The position numbers were made by a program, and so were the translations under genes. The notes beneath the pieces are model-generated. The model made no database searches and was not told the DNA's origin. It saw nothing but the letters and a program-made list of their open reading frames with translations. Shown here one piece after another: positions 18,214 through 28,842 of a stretch of 64,000 nt of DNA. Position 1 is the stretch's first letter. Each line of letters begins with the position of its first letter. The stretch lies in IMG/VR virus record IMGVR_UViG_3300038361_000164, positions 1 through 64,000 of that record. One strand, given 5' to 3'.

Positions 18214-18504
18214 TTAATCTAATATGGTTATTGTTTTTATATCGTCTGTAGGTATTACTAGTCTTTGAGCAACATCTGCTTTTGACATGAACCCTGCTGG
18301 GAGGGATTGACTAGTTTGTTGTTCTTCTTCTTTTTTTTCATGCTTGTCATCGGGAGGATCAAGTATTATAAATGCATTAGCAACGTATAAAACTACTTTG
18401 CCTTCTCCAAATCTTCCTATTCCCGTCTCATTGGAATCTCGTGTAAAGATCCTAACGTTTTTTCCCATGATATACTTTTCTAGTTTGTTATCATTATCTT
18501 TCAT
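18214..18504 (-). CDS. Hypothetical protein (96 aa), possible Sm/Hfq-like fold
   Basis: Strand pattern VRIFT...GKVV...FIILD...RLVIPTDDIKTI is suggestive only. Confidence 0.5.
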   Translation of the reverse strand: MKDNDNKLEKYIMGKNVRIFTRDSNETGIGRFGEGKVVLYVANAFIILDPPDDKHEKKEEEQQTSQSLPAGFMSKADVAQRLVIPTDDIKTITILD

Positions 18505-18976
18505 TTTTACATATTGATTTAATTTTGTCTATGTCATCTAAATAATTGTCTATGTTTACCAACCACTCGGATTTAAAATCTTTTATTGGAATGGATTTTC
18601 GTGCATCTTCATCATCTGCGTATTTTTTAACTAAGTAAAGAGGTGTTATGAATGCAGAGTTTTTATATAATTCTGTAAAGTGTATAAGAAAGAATCCAAT
18701 TCCTCCAAGCTCCTCTACTATACTTAAATAAATAGTTTGGTGTTGGTGTATATTTTTTAGCGGAAAAGCTGTTTTTATCTTAGTTTCTTTTGCATCAAAT
18801 GCTATAAACTGCCCTCCCTCTATTAAACCAGCGTAGTCAACTGTGGACGACTGTGCGACCAATCCTTTACGTGTTAATAGTATAGGAACGGGCACCTTTA
18901 AAATCAAGGCTTTTTTCTTTTTTCTGTAAGCGTTATTTGCTTTATTTGCACGCTTCTCTAACTCCATTCCTTTCAT
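18494..18976 (-). CDS. recU: Holliday junction resolvase RecU-like
   Basis: GMELEKRAN, STVDYAG, FIAFDAKET, NIHQHQ. Confidence 0.9.
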   Translation of the reverse strand: MKGMELEKRANKANNAYRKKKKALILKVPVPILLTRKGLVAQSSTVDYAGLIEGGQFIAFDAKETKIKTAFPLKNIHQHQTIYLSIVEELGGIGFFLIHFTELYKNSAFITPLYLVKKYADDEDARKSIPIKDFKSEWLVNIDNYLDDIDKIKSICKNER

Positions 18977-18988
18977 AATTAGGTGTGG

Positions 18989-19651
18989 TTATTTTTTAAT
19001 AGCTTCCACGTATAAAGACCTGTACGAGGCATTCGCCTCTGACGAATATGTTCCTTCAAATATAAAATGCTTTGATTGACTTATTTGATATTCCATTTTA
19101 GTAATGTTTGTTTTTTTAAACCCGGCAATTTGTAAATCCTTACATATGGTTTCATAATCCCACGCATTTTGATGGGCTAGCGCCTCTTTACCTAATAAAT
19201 GAGGCTGTCCTGTTGGAGATATAAAATCCTCTCTTAAACATTCAAAGATAGTATAGTCTTTATTATACTTAGTTTTTGCTCGTGCTGTTTCTTGTTTAAA
19301 AAGTTTATAGTTATGGTTTCTGTTAATATATTCTTTAATACTTCTTTCCACATCTGGAATCACTAGTCTTAGTATTCCTTCAGGGTTTAAAACTCTATAA
19401 ATCTCTTTAAATAATAAGGGTGATTTATATATACTAACATGTTCAAAAACATGAGACCCATACACACATTCTATTGAGTTATTTGGAAGAGGTATTTTTG
19501 TAAAATTTTTAAAATCTATTATTATATCTCCAAGTGTTGGGTCTACGTCTACCGTACACCAGGCGCTATCTGGTTTTTTCCAACCCCATCCTGGGCCAAA
19601 ATGTATTTTAGTCCAAATAGGGGGTTCATATTTTCGTTTTTTTAAGTCCAT
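18989..19651 (-). CDS. SAM-dependent methyltransferase (type 11-like)
   Basis: IHFGPG, SIECVYGSHVFEHV, EIYRVLNPEGILRLVIPD. Confidence 0.85.
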   Translation of the reverse strand: MDLKKRKYEPPIWTKIHFGPGWGWKKPDSAWCTVDVDPTLGDIIIDFKNFTKIPLPNNSIECVYGSHVFEHVSIYKSPLLFKEIYRVLNPEGILRLVIPDVERSIKEYINRNHNYKLFKQETARAKTKYNKDYTIFECLREDFISPTGQPHLLGKEALAHQNAWDYETICKDLQIAGFKKTNITKMEYQISQSKHFIFEGTYSSEANASYRSLYVEAIKK

Positions 19652-19662
19652 TTTTATAGTGG

Positions 19663-20436
19663 TTATAAAGCGTTAATACTATTAATTTCTTCTAGTACGT
19701 TTTCCGCAGTATCATCTTTTCAAATTCATTTTTGGTTCTCTGTAGCTATGTGTGGGTGTTCTCCTACACTCATTCCTGTTGTTCTCTTTAATCAACTTGC
19801 AGAACTGATCATAATTCCAGGTGTCGTTATTTTAAATACTCTATATGCAATATCAGGATTCATCATCATTAAAGCTCCACAGCCGTTTGATACTAACCAA
19901 TTCATCTTTGACTTCATATAAAAAGCCATTCTTAGTTCAACATTTATATTATATAAAGAAGGTTTATTTTCTAAATCGTCTATAATAAGATCATTTTTTT
20001 TATTAAATATTTTTCTTCACATTTTTACATTAGAATTTCTTGCTACTTCATACCGCCTTTCTCTAAGAGTGATGAGATTAGTAGTGTTATACACCATATC
20101 TAAAGCTGTTTGTCCAGCAGTTATGTGCTTAAAATTTTTATCAAAATAAACGTCCTTATCGATGGAAACAGTGTTATAGCCCAAACCAATACCCTTAGTT
20201 CCAATACCTACACCGCGGCAATTGGGCATCATCATAGCCAAAGGCATTAAAAGATGAGTTATTCTCCATTCTCAATCGTAATTAGCAGCTTTAGAATGCT
20301 TTTTAATGGAGGTAGTATTAATAGTAATATAAAAAGAATCTTCGTTATTTAATAATCTTTCTTGCTCACATAATGTGAGAAAGATAACAAAATCATAGGT
20401 AATAGGTTGATGCGCTAAATTATAACTAATGATCAT
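19663..20436 (-). CDS. Hypothetical protein in the glycan cluster, 257 aa (5 TGA=Trp)
   Basis: ATG 20436 (overlapping the upstream gene's end) to TAA 19663 is in one frame through 5 TGA and includes ORF 20017..20247. Confidence 0.75.
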
Positions 20437-21115
20437 ACTTATGTCCTTCTAGTCCAAAATTAATGAATGGATTTAATGATAATATGTTGCATCTATATTC
20501 TTCCGTCAATAACAATTTCAATACTTTTGTTGATTTTTCTATTTTAGATAACCAGACTTTGTAATGCTCTTCTTGATCATGTTCACCCCAGGCTATGCTT
20601 ATAGTTTCTTTAGTATGATATCCAGTAAAAAAACTTTCATCATCTAAAGTACCACAGTCGTGCCCGACAAGTATTATGTTCTTAGCACCCATATAAGCTG
20701 CTAAATGCATAGCTGTTGTAAAAGTGGTCCATGAAACTATTAAAGTATCCGATGCTCTTGGCAAAATATGTATTTTAAGTTCATTAAAATTATGGTTAAA
20801 CACAACAACATTATATAAATGATCATAATTATTTTTAATATGGTTTAAATTGATCGAGTTGTTTCCACCGTAACTTCCTTTTGAAATAAAATGTATTACA
20901 TTGGTCAAGGCTTTATCTTGCAGAATTTTATCCAATAATTGTGTTTCTTTTCTTACAAGATAAGTTGGATGTATTTTTTTATACGTTTGATTTACTCCAA
21001 TTAAAGTCTTGTTATTAAAAAAAGAATTGTCAACATAGTCACAGGATTTTCCAGCACCCATAACATAGATATCTTCGTCTTTATGTATATTTTTAAATTC
21101 TTTAAGAGCTCTCAT
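20426..21115 (-). CDS. DUF115/MptE-like (Maf-type) sugar-transfer-associated protein
   Basis: FKNIHKDEDIYVMGAGKS, LIGVN, AMHLAAYMGAKNIILVGHDC. Confidence 0.8.
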   Translation of the reverse strand: MRALKEFKNIHKDEDIYVMGAGKSCDYVDNSFFNNKTLIGVNQTYKKIHPTYLVRKETQLLDKILQDKALTNVIHFISKGSYGGNNSINLNHIKNNYDHLYNVVVFNHNFNELKIHILPRASDTLIVSWTTFTTAMHLAAYMGAKNIILVGHDCGTLDDESFFTGYHTKETISIAWGEHDQEEHYKVWLSKIEKSTKVLKLLLTEEYRCNILSLNPFINFGLEGHKYDH

Positions 21116-22146
21116 TATAGTTTTGTAAGAAATTCCTTTATTCTTTGAGCATCAGATTCAAAATTAACTACTTCGTTAAACTTAGCCTTTACTCTGGCAG
21201 ACCACTCTGGCCAGTGTGCTTCGGCATCGCGAATTTCGTTTACTATTTGTTCTGTGCTTTTACCATGCACATCTATCACAGTCTTTCCTGGAACAAATAA
21301 CATTTCAGGAGTTGAGCCTCGATGATAGGACATATTAACTATGACGGGCTTACCGGCCGCAAAAGCTTGATGTATATTATATCCATAGCCATCTCCCGAA
21401 GGTTTGACATGCCAAAGAAACCCAGTTTCACATAAATTTTGATCTAAGTCATCTGTAGCACCATCACGATTTCCTGCTCCATATATTTTTATATCCCAAT
21501 CAACTAAGCGCTGCTCTATTTCTGCAAGCTTAGGAGCGGTAGGAGAATAGTGTAATAAGTTTATAATACTCTTTGTATTGGTGTTTTCTGTATTGGAAAA
21601 ACGCTCTACTTCAAACTCTTGATGATAATGACACGTATTTGCATTTGGCCAAGTGGAATTACTTTTCTTAGCAGAAGTTAAATAGTTTTTAATTGGGTAA
21701 TTCCAATTGTCATTTCCAGCTTGAAAAATAAATTTGGCATTTGGCATATACTGTGAAATTAGTCGTTGGAAAAGATCTATATGACTGATATGCGAGGCTA
21801 AGACTACATCAAACTTCATTGTTTTAAAAGCTGGAAGTGTTATACCTCTATTAACTCTATTTCTTGGAGAAGTGCAAAAGTAAACTCCTGGAGTATCCGT
21901 AGCAATAGTTTCTGTGTGAACGTATTGTATTTTAGGAAGGGTTTCTCCGTGGATTGTTTTTAAGTTTTCTGTATTGAAATCTAAAAACTGTCTAGCAGTT
22001 CCCTCTGCTGGATATACATTCCAAAAGTTCTCATGCCACCATTCCATTCCTATAGGTCTGTATAATTCCCAACCAAGTCTTTCTTCAAAAAGTAAATGGA
22101 GAGAATGATATAAATCTTCGTGATGTAAGTCTGCTAAAATTTTCAT
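21115..22146 (-). CDS. Glycosyltransferase, GT-B/GT4-like
   Basis: C-terminal LWHVKPSGDGYGYNIHQAFAAGKPVI and LFVPGKT. No TGA. Confidence 0.75.
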   Translation of the reverse strand: MKILADLHHEDLYHSLHLLFEERLGWELYRPIGMEWWHENFWNVYPAEGTARQFLDFNTENLKTIHGETLPKIQYVHTETIATDTPGVYFCTSPRNRVNRGITLPAFKTMKFDVVLASHISHIDLFQRLISQYMPNAKFIFQAGNDNWNYPIKNYLTSAKKSNSTWPNANTCHYHQEFEVERFSNTENTNTKSIINLLHYSPTAPKLAEIEQRLVDWDIKIYGAGNRDGATDDLDQNLCETGFLWHVKPSGDGYGYNIHQAFAAGKPVIVNMSYHRGSTPEMLFVPGKTVIDVHGKSTEQIVNEIRDAEAHWPEWSARVKAKFNEVVNFESDAQRIKEFLTKL

Positions 22147-22148
22147 AA

Positions 22149-22997
22149 TTATCAATTATTGTTGGTTTCGTATCCTAGTTCAATTAATTCGTTGCCTGCG
22201 ATTTCTTTAAAAATATCAATTTGTTGGGGAGTTCAAGATTTTCAACGACTGCCCGCAGAGGCCTTTGCATTTCCAAAAGTACTGTGTTTATCTATATTAA
22301 TTACCTTGCAACTATCAAAGCTGGTAATTTTGGTCTGCACTTCTATTGCTTTTTGTTGCATACGTTTTTTATCCATAGGAATGTTAATAAAATTAAAAAG
22401 ACTTTCCGCAGTTTTATATCCATTTTTAACTCAATCCTCTAAAAACGTTATATTATAATTAGACATTCCTTTTCTACAATCCAAGGCAATTCTAGCTCTG
22501 TTTCTTTGTCCTTTGCAAAAAACTTTGAAATATTCTAAAGTCCTATATTCATGATTTGCTGTTTTTTTCTGAATAATAGATTCTATATGATTTCTAGGGT
22601 CCCGAGTATTAAGTACAAACTCCCAATCTCCGGGCAAAGAATTAAGTTCTGAAACTCCTCATCTAGTTAAAGTTTCTCCGTCGTAGGGATTTGGAACCAA
22701 CGCACTGTTAGTTTCTTCTCCTCACCAGTTTCAAACATAAGTATATCAAAATTGATATTCTAAGTTAGAATTTTGCTTTTCCCCTATTAACTTCAAGTGG
22801 TCGTGCGTTAAGTGCTGAACGGGACAGTGGATAGGAGATTCGGCCAATAAGGTACCTTGTGGCTCATAAATATGCTCATCTCCACGCTTTAAACTTTGTC
22901 TTTTTTTGTCTCATTCTTGAGGCTTTATATCTTGGATATGGTTTCTTACTAAATTAGAGCCACCCCTTATGTACATAAATAATAGTATATTTTTCAT
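22149..22997 (-). CDS. PAPS-dependent sulfotransferase, 282 aa (9 TGA=Trp)
   Basis: 5'-PSB-like YIRGGSNLV, 3'-PB-like LNTRDPRNHIES, FLED(W), and C-terminal R(W)KS(W)TPQQIDIFKEIAGNELIELGY. One frame from ATG 22997 to TAA 22149. Confidence 0.82.
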
Positions 22998-23009
22998 TTT
23001 ATATGTTGA

Positions 23010-23876
23010 TTATGCTGCCCAGTTACTTAAACATGTGTCTTTAGTAAGATCATTTCAAGCAGTTAGAGCTTTGTTTTTTAAATCCTCATCTATAGAATGT
23101 AAGTAAGTTTCTATGTGACTTGGAAATTGACCTGGATATAGTTCTACGTGTTTTAAAAAGAAACCTAACCGAGACAACTCTAAAGCAGAGTCCGTGTCAA
23201 AAGATTCTTTCTTTTCTAATTTGTAATAAAAACTCATTAAGTATCCAACGTGAAATCATCCCTCTTGGAAGTGAGATCATCCTTGTCTATAGTTAGCGCG
23301 ATGTGCGCCAAATTTTGCGTTATTATCCGCTAATCCTTTTATTCATTTTCTGCCATGTGATATTTCATCTGCGGTAAGAGAGTCCCACATTTCTTTCTTA
23401 ATTAATAAAAATGCGTTTTCCCAATGTGGGTTAGGCACAATTCACGGGTATACATTAGAAGGTTCGAATGTTTGATTTAGTACAGGGGCAATAGAACCGG
23501 TAAAAACATAAGATGGTGAGTAATGAGATTCTTGAATATGGTGACAAGAAAAATCATAACCTCCCTCCAAAAAGTCTTTTATAAATACATCTACAGTAGA
23601 AGGATCGCTTATAAAACAATCATTATCTATCATAAGTATTAATTCAAAGTCTCCTTGTAATCGATTTTTAAATCGAACCATTCCTTGGTCATAGGTTAAA
23701 TGCCCACTGTTCCAATATTCAGTATTTGGACCTGTATACGCTCCCCAAGCTTCTCTGCCTGTGTCTTGTATAATTACATTTGTATATCCAGATTTTCAAA
23801 GTCTGGAAATTGTGTCTTCAAAAAAGCTATTTTTTCTGTGATGATTGCTAATAATTAATACTTTAGTTTTATCCAT
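23010..23876 (-). CDS. GT-A/GT2-like glycosyltransferase, 288 aa (6 TGA=Trp)
   Basis: TAATG-coupled start. DxD-like ILMIDNDCF. Joins ORFs 23442..23681 and 23055..23237 in frame. Confidence 0.72.
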
Positions 23877-25027
23877 TATATTCGTACAGATGGTCTTGTT
23901 TTATTAAAAAATCTGGAAGCCTTATCCGCCATTTCAGTGCCAGAAACCAAATCCTGATGTAGATAGGTAGGATGATATTCTCCCGGAATGGGGTGCTTGT
24001 CGTAATAAATATCTATTTCTTTTAAGATATCTCGCCAACCAGCAGAATAATGCTTTCCGCGATAAGGCACCAACTCTCCCTGACCGCACCAAGCTACGGA
24101 AAAGTGGGCTGGCAATGTTTTAGGGTGTCCGTGCCTTTTTCCTAAAGTAGTCATTTTATCATCGGCGAACGCTCGTCCACAAAATTCTTCAGTAAATCCC
24201 TCTGTAGCATTAAACACAGTTCTGGACATAATATGAAATCCATGAAAATTTGGGATAAATTGTATCTTTGAAGATAAAAGACCTTCTACGTGTTGTTGAC
24301 AAAAATCTTTACTTTTATCTAAAAAATTTTCATCATCTAAACTAATCAATTGAGAGGATATGAAATTTGGAATATATACATCACACAAAGCACTTGGATA
24401 TCTTAGATAGTCCCTGACACAATGAACCGAATCATTGCTATAATTAGAGCCTCCTTTCCCGTCTTTTACTTCTTGCATATGTTCTAAGAGCCAATCTTTT
24501 TCTTGATTAGTAACTCTGGCAAATATGGCATGAGGAGAGCAATAATAATTATCTCCTCAAATTTTAACATACTCTTCAAGTTCTTTTAAGCTAAATAGAT
24601 ACAAAAAGTCCCCAGGAGTAATAATCAAAGTATCTCCGCTAGAAGCTTCCACTGCTAAATTATATAACAATCCAGAACTCATTCATAAAAAAGATCTAGA
24701 TATATCATATAAAGTCCCGTTTTTAAACTTTTCAACATTTTCTTTTAGCCCGTTTCTAAATTCTTCTTCGAAGATATTTTTTGTATCATAATGCACCATT
24801 AAACGATCTAAGTAGTCGGTAGTATCTTTAAAAGTTCTTGTAACTACTTTTAGGTTAGGTATCTCTATCTCTAGGTTTTTAAAGTGCTCGGCAGAGCCAT
24901 CTTCAACACGATCGTCGTGAGCTAAAACAATTTCAAACTCAACACCTTGGTTATGTTTTAATAAAGCTCGAATAAACATTTCAGTGTCTCATTTAGAATT
25001 GAGAGCACAACAGCATATACTTATCAT
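23876..25027 (-). CDS. GT-A/GT2-like glycosyltransferase, 383 aa (3 TGA=Trp)
   Basis: MISICCC, FEIVLAHDD..EDGS, YNLAVEASSGDTLIITPGD, GFTEEF...FADD. Joins ORFs 24683..24979 and 23876..24478. Confidence 0.78.
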
Positions 25028-25029
25028 TT

Positions 25030-26166
25030 TTATTGATGGTTAGAAAATAATTTTCGTAAAGTATTATAAATACGTTCTCTAAACTCTCCCACTACCCAAA
25101 ATCCGCTAGGAATGAATACAGGATGAATTTTAGAGTGTATTTGACATGTTCCGTTTGGAAAGCAATTGTGGATAGTATTATCAGGCCACATCGGAGTAGT
25201 TTGTATGTTAGCATCCTTAAACACTTGATTACATTTATCTATATTAATATTTGTGTTATTTAAAACAAATCCAAAAGTTCACCAACTTGGATTCGATTCC
25301 ACATCGGTTATTATTTGGTATTCACTAGGAATAACTGTTTTAAACAATGTAACATTTTCTCTAGAAACAGCTATAGATTGTTTAGCTAATTTTAGATTAG
25401 CAAGGCCTATACTTGCAGCAATGTCGTTCATATGAAACTTATATCCAGCTTCCTGTATAGAAGACGTCATTTGATGCTCCAACCGATCCATTCCTTTTGG
25501 AACTTTTCGATCTATACCAAATCATTTCAGCTTAATAGCTCGTTGATAATTATTTTCACAATTAATTGCAAGAGCTCCGCCGTCTCCGGTAGTAAGATGT
25601 TTAATTGATTGAAAAGAGAAACAAACATAATCCCCTCAATGTGAAATATGTTTATTTTTATAAAGAGTATCTACTCCGTGAGCAGCGTCAAGTATAAGAG
25701 GTATGTTTTTCTTTTTGCAGATTTTTACTAACTCATTCAATCTAAAAGGCACTACTCCACCTACCAAAACTAACATAACAATATTAAAAGTTTGTTTGTT
25801 AGCTTTTAAAGTCTTGATAATCTCATCACAGTCTAAACACAGAGTAGTATTGGATACTTTCCCTCAAATCACAGAATTACCTGTATTTGTTATAGCACAA
25901 TTGGTAGCAACCATGGTAAAAGGAGTTGTGAGTACGGAATTTTGCGAGGAGGACATAGCAAGTTTTAAGGCCATCATTAAGGAGCTTGTACATGAATTTG
26001 TACAAACAACTTTATCATGCTTAAATCAAGTATTTAATGCTTTTGTAAATTTTACAACTTTAGGACCTTCTCCTATCATTCCCGAATCTAACACATTTCC
26101 TACTTCATTTTTTGCTGTAGTAGACATTGCTACTTTAAACATTGGTATTGTGTTTGTGCTAGACAT
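25030..26166 (-). CDS. DegT/DnrJ/EryC1/StrS PLP-dependent sugar aminotransferase, 378 aa (5 TGA=Trp)
   Basis: SGMIGEGPKV, NSCTSSL, ILDAAHG, (W)GDYVCFSFQSIKHLTTGDGG with the PLP Lys, LK(W)FGIDR, GYKFHMNDIAASIG. Confidence 0.93.
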
Positions 26167-26744
26167 TATAACTCCTTTCTTGTGCACAAAGTTACAGCGT
26201 TGTGATTATTAGCCTCTACAACTGTATAATCTCAACAAGTATTAAACCATTTTTCTTTGAATATTATATTTCAGGGTTTATATTTATATTTTTTTTGCCA
26301 CTTATTGTGGATGCCGCCTTCTAAAATAAAGGCTTTATTTGAACTATTATCAAATAATTTTATGAGAGAAGGTAAATTATTATAATGATTGCAAACATCT
26401 ATATGAACTAATCCCAGATCTTCGGTTATAAGTTCTTTAAGTTTGTTTTCCGTTCCTTTGACTACTGCTCATTCACAAACTAAATTTGCTTTTTCTAAAT
26501 TAGAAATAGTTATTTTAAAATTGGCGTGTGTTTTTGCGTAAGGAGGCTCTATATATTCAGATTCAAAAGAATCTATAGTTATAATCTTACTTTTAGCTGC
26601 TAGTGCTTTCCCTATGAGAATAGCACTAGCACCCTGTTGTGTACCGATTTCAATTACTAATTTAGGATTAGTATTTTTGACAAAATCAATGATTTTAGTT
26701 TGTAAATGTGAGTTGGAATATGACGTGGTAAATACAGTAGACAT
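26166..26744 (-). CDS. Class I SAM-dependent methyltransferase, 192 aa (3 TGA=Trp)
   Basis: VIEIGTQQGASAI, ITIDSF, VHID. TAATG overlaps at both ends. Confidence 0.82.
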
Positions 26745-27166
26745 TAAAAGTCCTCCCGTAATTCTACCCAATTGTTCTCAAAGTCTTGTATAAATATATT
26801 AAACCAACCTTTTGGATTTTTATACTTATGTACTATGACATAAGCTGGTAAAACTTTTAAAAATTCCTCTCTACTACCCTTAGCACCTGTATGAAGACAA
26901 ACGTGATTTATGCCTTGTCTGTTGAATTGCCAAGTTCCGACATTTCCAGAGCCTTTGTGAAATTGATGAATTTCTATGTCAGGTGTGTCCGTGTCAGTGA
27001 GGGTATATCTGTGTATGGTTGCAACGTCATCTATATTAAACAAAGCTTTAGAAATTGTAGAATCAAGTTCGCTTTCCCAGATACAGGTATATCCTACAAT
27101 TTTACACCAAAATTCTTCAAATAAAAGTATGTTGTTTGTTATCCAACCAATGTGATCTATGTGCAT
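26744..27166 (-). CDS. VOC/glyoxalase superfamily protein
   Basis: IDHIGW, IEIHQF, GINHVCLH, FIQDFENNWVEL. Confidence 0.85.
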   Translation of the reverse strand: MHIDHIGWITNNILLFEEFWCKIVGYTCIWESELDSTISKALFNIDDVATIHRYTLTDTDTPDIEIHQFHKGSGNVGTWQFNRQGINHVCLHTGAKGSREEFLKVLPAYVIVHKYKNPKGWFNIFIQDFENNWVELREDF

Positions 27167-27178
27167 AATTTATTGCTC

Positions 27179-27844
27179 CTAGTTGTTTATCCATAAGGTT
27201 TGCTGTCCATCCAATAATAGCGTCCAACCGTGGTCAAAAAGCCACTCCCTAGCTAAACGAGGTTTTCCGCCCCCGGCTAAGTTGTTGTCATCTATTAATA
27301 TAACGGACTGATCTGTTAATTTATCGATTGCTGCTTCCAACTCCTTCAAACAATGTTCTTGACAAGGGTTAATAATATCACTATGAAATTGAACAATATT
27401 GTCATCAGAAAGAACGCAATCGAATCCACCAGGAAGATCTTCCATAGGATAATCAAAACTATCTAAATATAATAAATCTATTTGATGTTCGCAATTGTTT
27501 AAATATTCTACTGAGTCCATAAAAACATATTCTACATAATCATATTGCTTTGTAAATCTTTTTACTCGATTTAAATGCTCCTGAACATTATCAACTGTAA
27601 TTAACTTTCCACCTAATAGATTGATAGTTTCGGCAAAAAGAGCAGTAGACATGCCACCACCCCAATCATTTTCCTCACGCTGACATCCGGTTTCTACTAT
27701 TAGCTTCCCATTGCGTTGATAAAATAAGTTTAAAGCAGCTTTCATAGTAGGATACCTACCATCAAGCTGATTGTATTTATTAAAAAAATCTGTGTTTCTA
27801 ACGTATAAAAACTTTTTTATAGCGTCTGTAAGTACGTTTTCCAT
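27179..27844 (-). CDS. SAM-dependent methyltransferase (Methyltransf_24-like)
   Basis: IVETGC, LITVD, DSVEYL, IDLLYLDS, ILIDDN. Confidence 0.85.
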   Translation of the reverse strand: MENVLTDAIKKFLYVRNTDFFNKYNQLDGRYPTMKAALNLFYQRNGKLIVETGCQREENDWGGGMSTALFAETINLLGGKLITVDNVQEHLNRVKRFTKQYDYVEYVFMDSVEYLNNCEHQIDLLYLDSFDYPMEDLPGGFDCVLSDDNIVQFHSDIINPCQEHCLKELEAAIDKLTDQSVILIDDNNLAGGGKPRLAREWLFDHGWTLLLDGQQTLWINN

Positions 27845-28842
27845 TGTGTTTGTATGGTTTCTTGTCCAAAATATTGTAAAGCAGTAGCTCTACCATTTGC
27901 TCCTATTTCTCTAGCTAAGTCTATATCATTTAAAAGCAAGTCACAATATTTTCGTAATTGATCCACATCGTCGCTAATAAATCCGTTAATACTGTTTCGT
28001 ATAATTGTATCTATTTCATACAATCCACTAACTCCTAGGTATTGAGCATTTCCATGCACAGGTCCCAAAGCTATAACTGGAATCCCGGTCATTAAAGCTT
28101 CAATAAAGTTTAAAGTATAGCTCGCAGGATGTGTGCCTGTATAAAAATAAGCTCTATTATTTCTCATTTCAGCTTTTAATTGCTCAAAGGAAACTTTACC
28201 AGGAGAGAATTCTAAATGCTCATTTCCAGGTCCAAACAATATTCTTGGTACACTTTTAGTAACTTCATCATAAATAGGAAAATTACAATGAGGTGTACGC
28301 TGTTGCATTGATTGATTAAAAGTAACAATTCTTTTATTTTTACCATTCCAGTTTTTATATTCTTCTGGATCTTTGTAAAAACGAATTAGTGCATCACCTC
28401 CTAAGTATCCAGGAATATTCATTTCGTTTGGAGAATACCTTACGATTTTTAATCCCTGCTCTCTAAAAGGTCTAAGCTCTGCTTCAGTGTTAGTAATAGA
28501 TTGTCCTATGGTTCTCCATATCACAACTTTATGCTTCATAGCTTCCCAGTTTCCTGAAATCCATCTAGGAATGTGCATTACAATAACACAATCAAACATA
28601 TCTACAAATTCTTTAGTTAATCTATCTTTCCCATCTACCGCTCCTTGACAAAGCGTATGATACATGTCTAAATGCTTTTGCTCATACTCAATGTTTAAAA
28701 GTCCGGGACGTAAAGTAGCGTCTCCAGGATTTTTTGGCTCTACATACGCGCCAGGAGAAAAGACATAATGTCCCATCCCAGTTAAAAGTTTTACTTCGTC
28801 ATACTCTAGAATACTGTGACAACTTAAATATAATATTTTCAT
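27817..28842 (-). CDS. GT4-like glycosyltransferase
   Basis: NFIEALMTGIPVI and IRNSINGFISDD. Confidence 0.85.
   Translation of the reverse strand: MKILYLSCHSILEYDEVKLLTGMGHYVFSPGAYVEPKNPGDATLRPGLLNIEYEQKHLDMYHTLCQGAVDGKDRLTKEFVDMFDCVIVMHIPRWISGNWEAMKHKVVIWRTIGQSITNTEAELRPFREQGLKIVRYSPNEMNIPGYLGGDALIRFYKDPEEYKNWNGKNKRIVTFNQSMQQRTPHCNFPIYDEVTKSVPRILFGPGNEHLEFSPGKVSFEQLKAEMRNNRAYFYTGTHPASYTLNFIEALMTGIPVIALGPVHGNAQYLGVSGLYEIDTIIRNSINGFISDDVDQLRKYCDLLLNDIDLAREIGANGRATALQYFGQETIQTQWKTYLQTL

Noticed and set aside
25703-26212. Plus-strand 169-aa ORF and similar antisense ORFs (9115, 31479, 49977, 58167, 62604)
   Set aside because: They lie antisense to well-supported genes and show no motifs of their own.
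19663-26744. Fragmented ORFs read as pseudogenes or sequencing frameshifts
   Set aside because: All fragments join in a single frame, and every interruption is TGA, never TAA, TAG or an indel.
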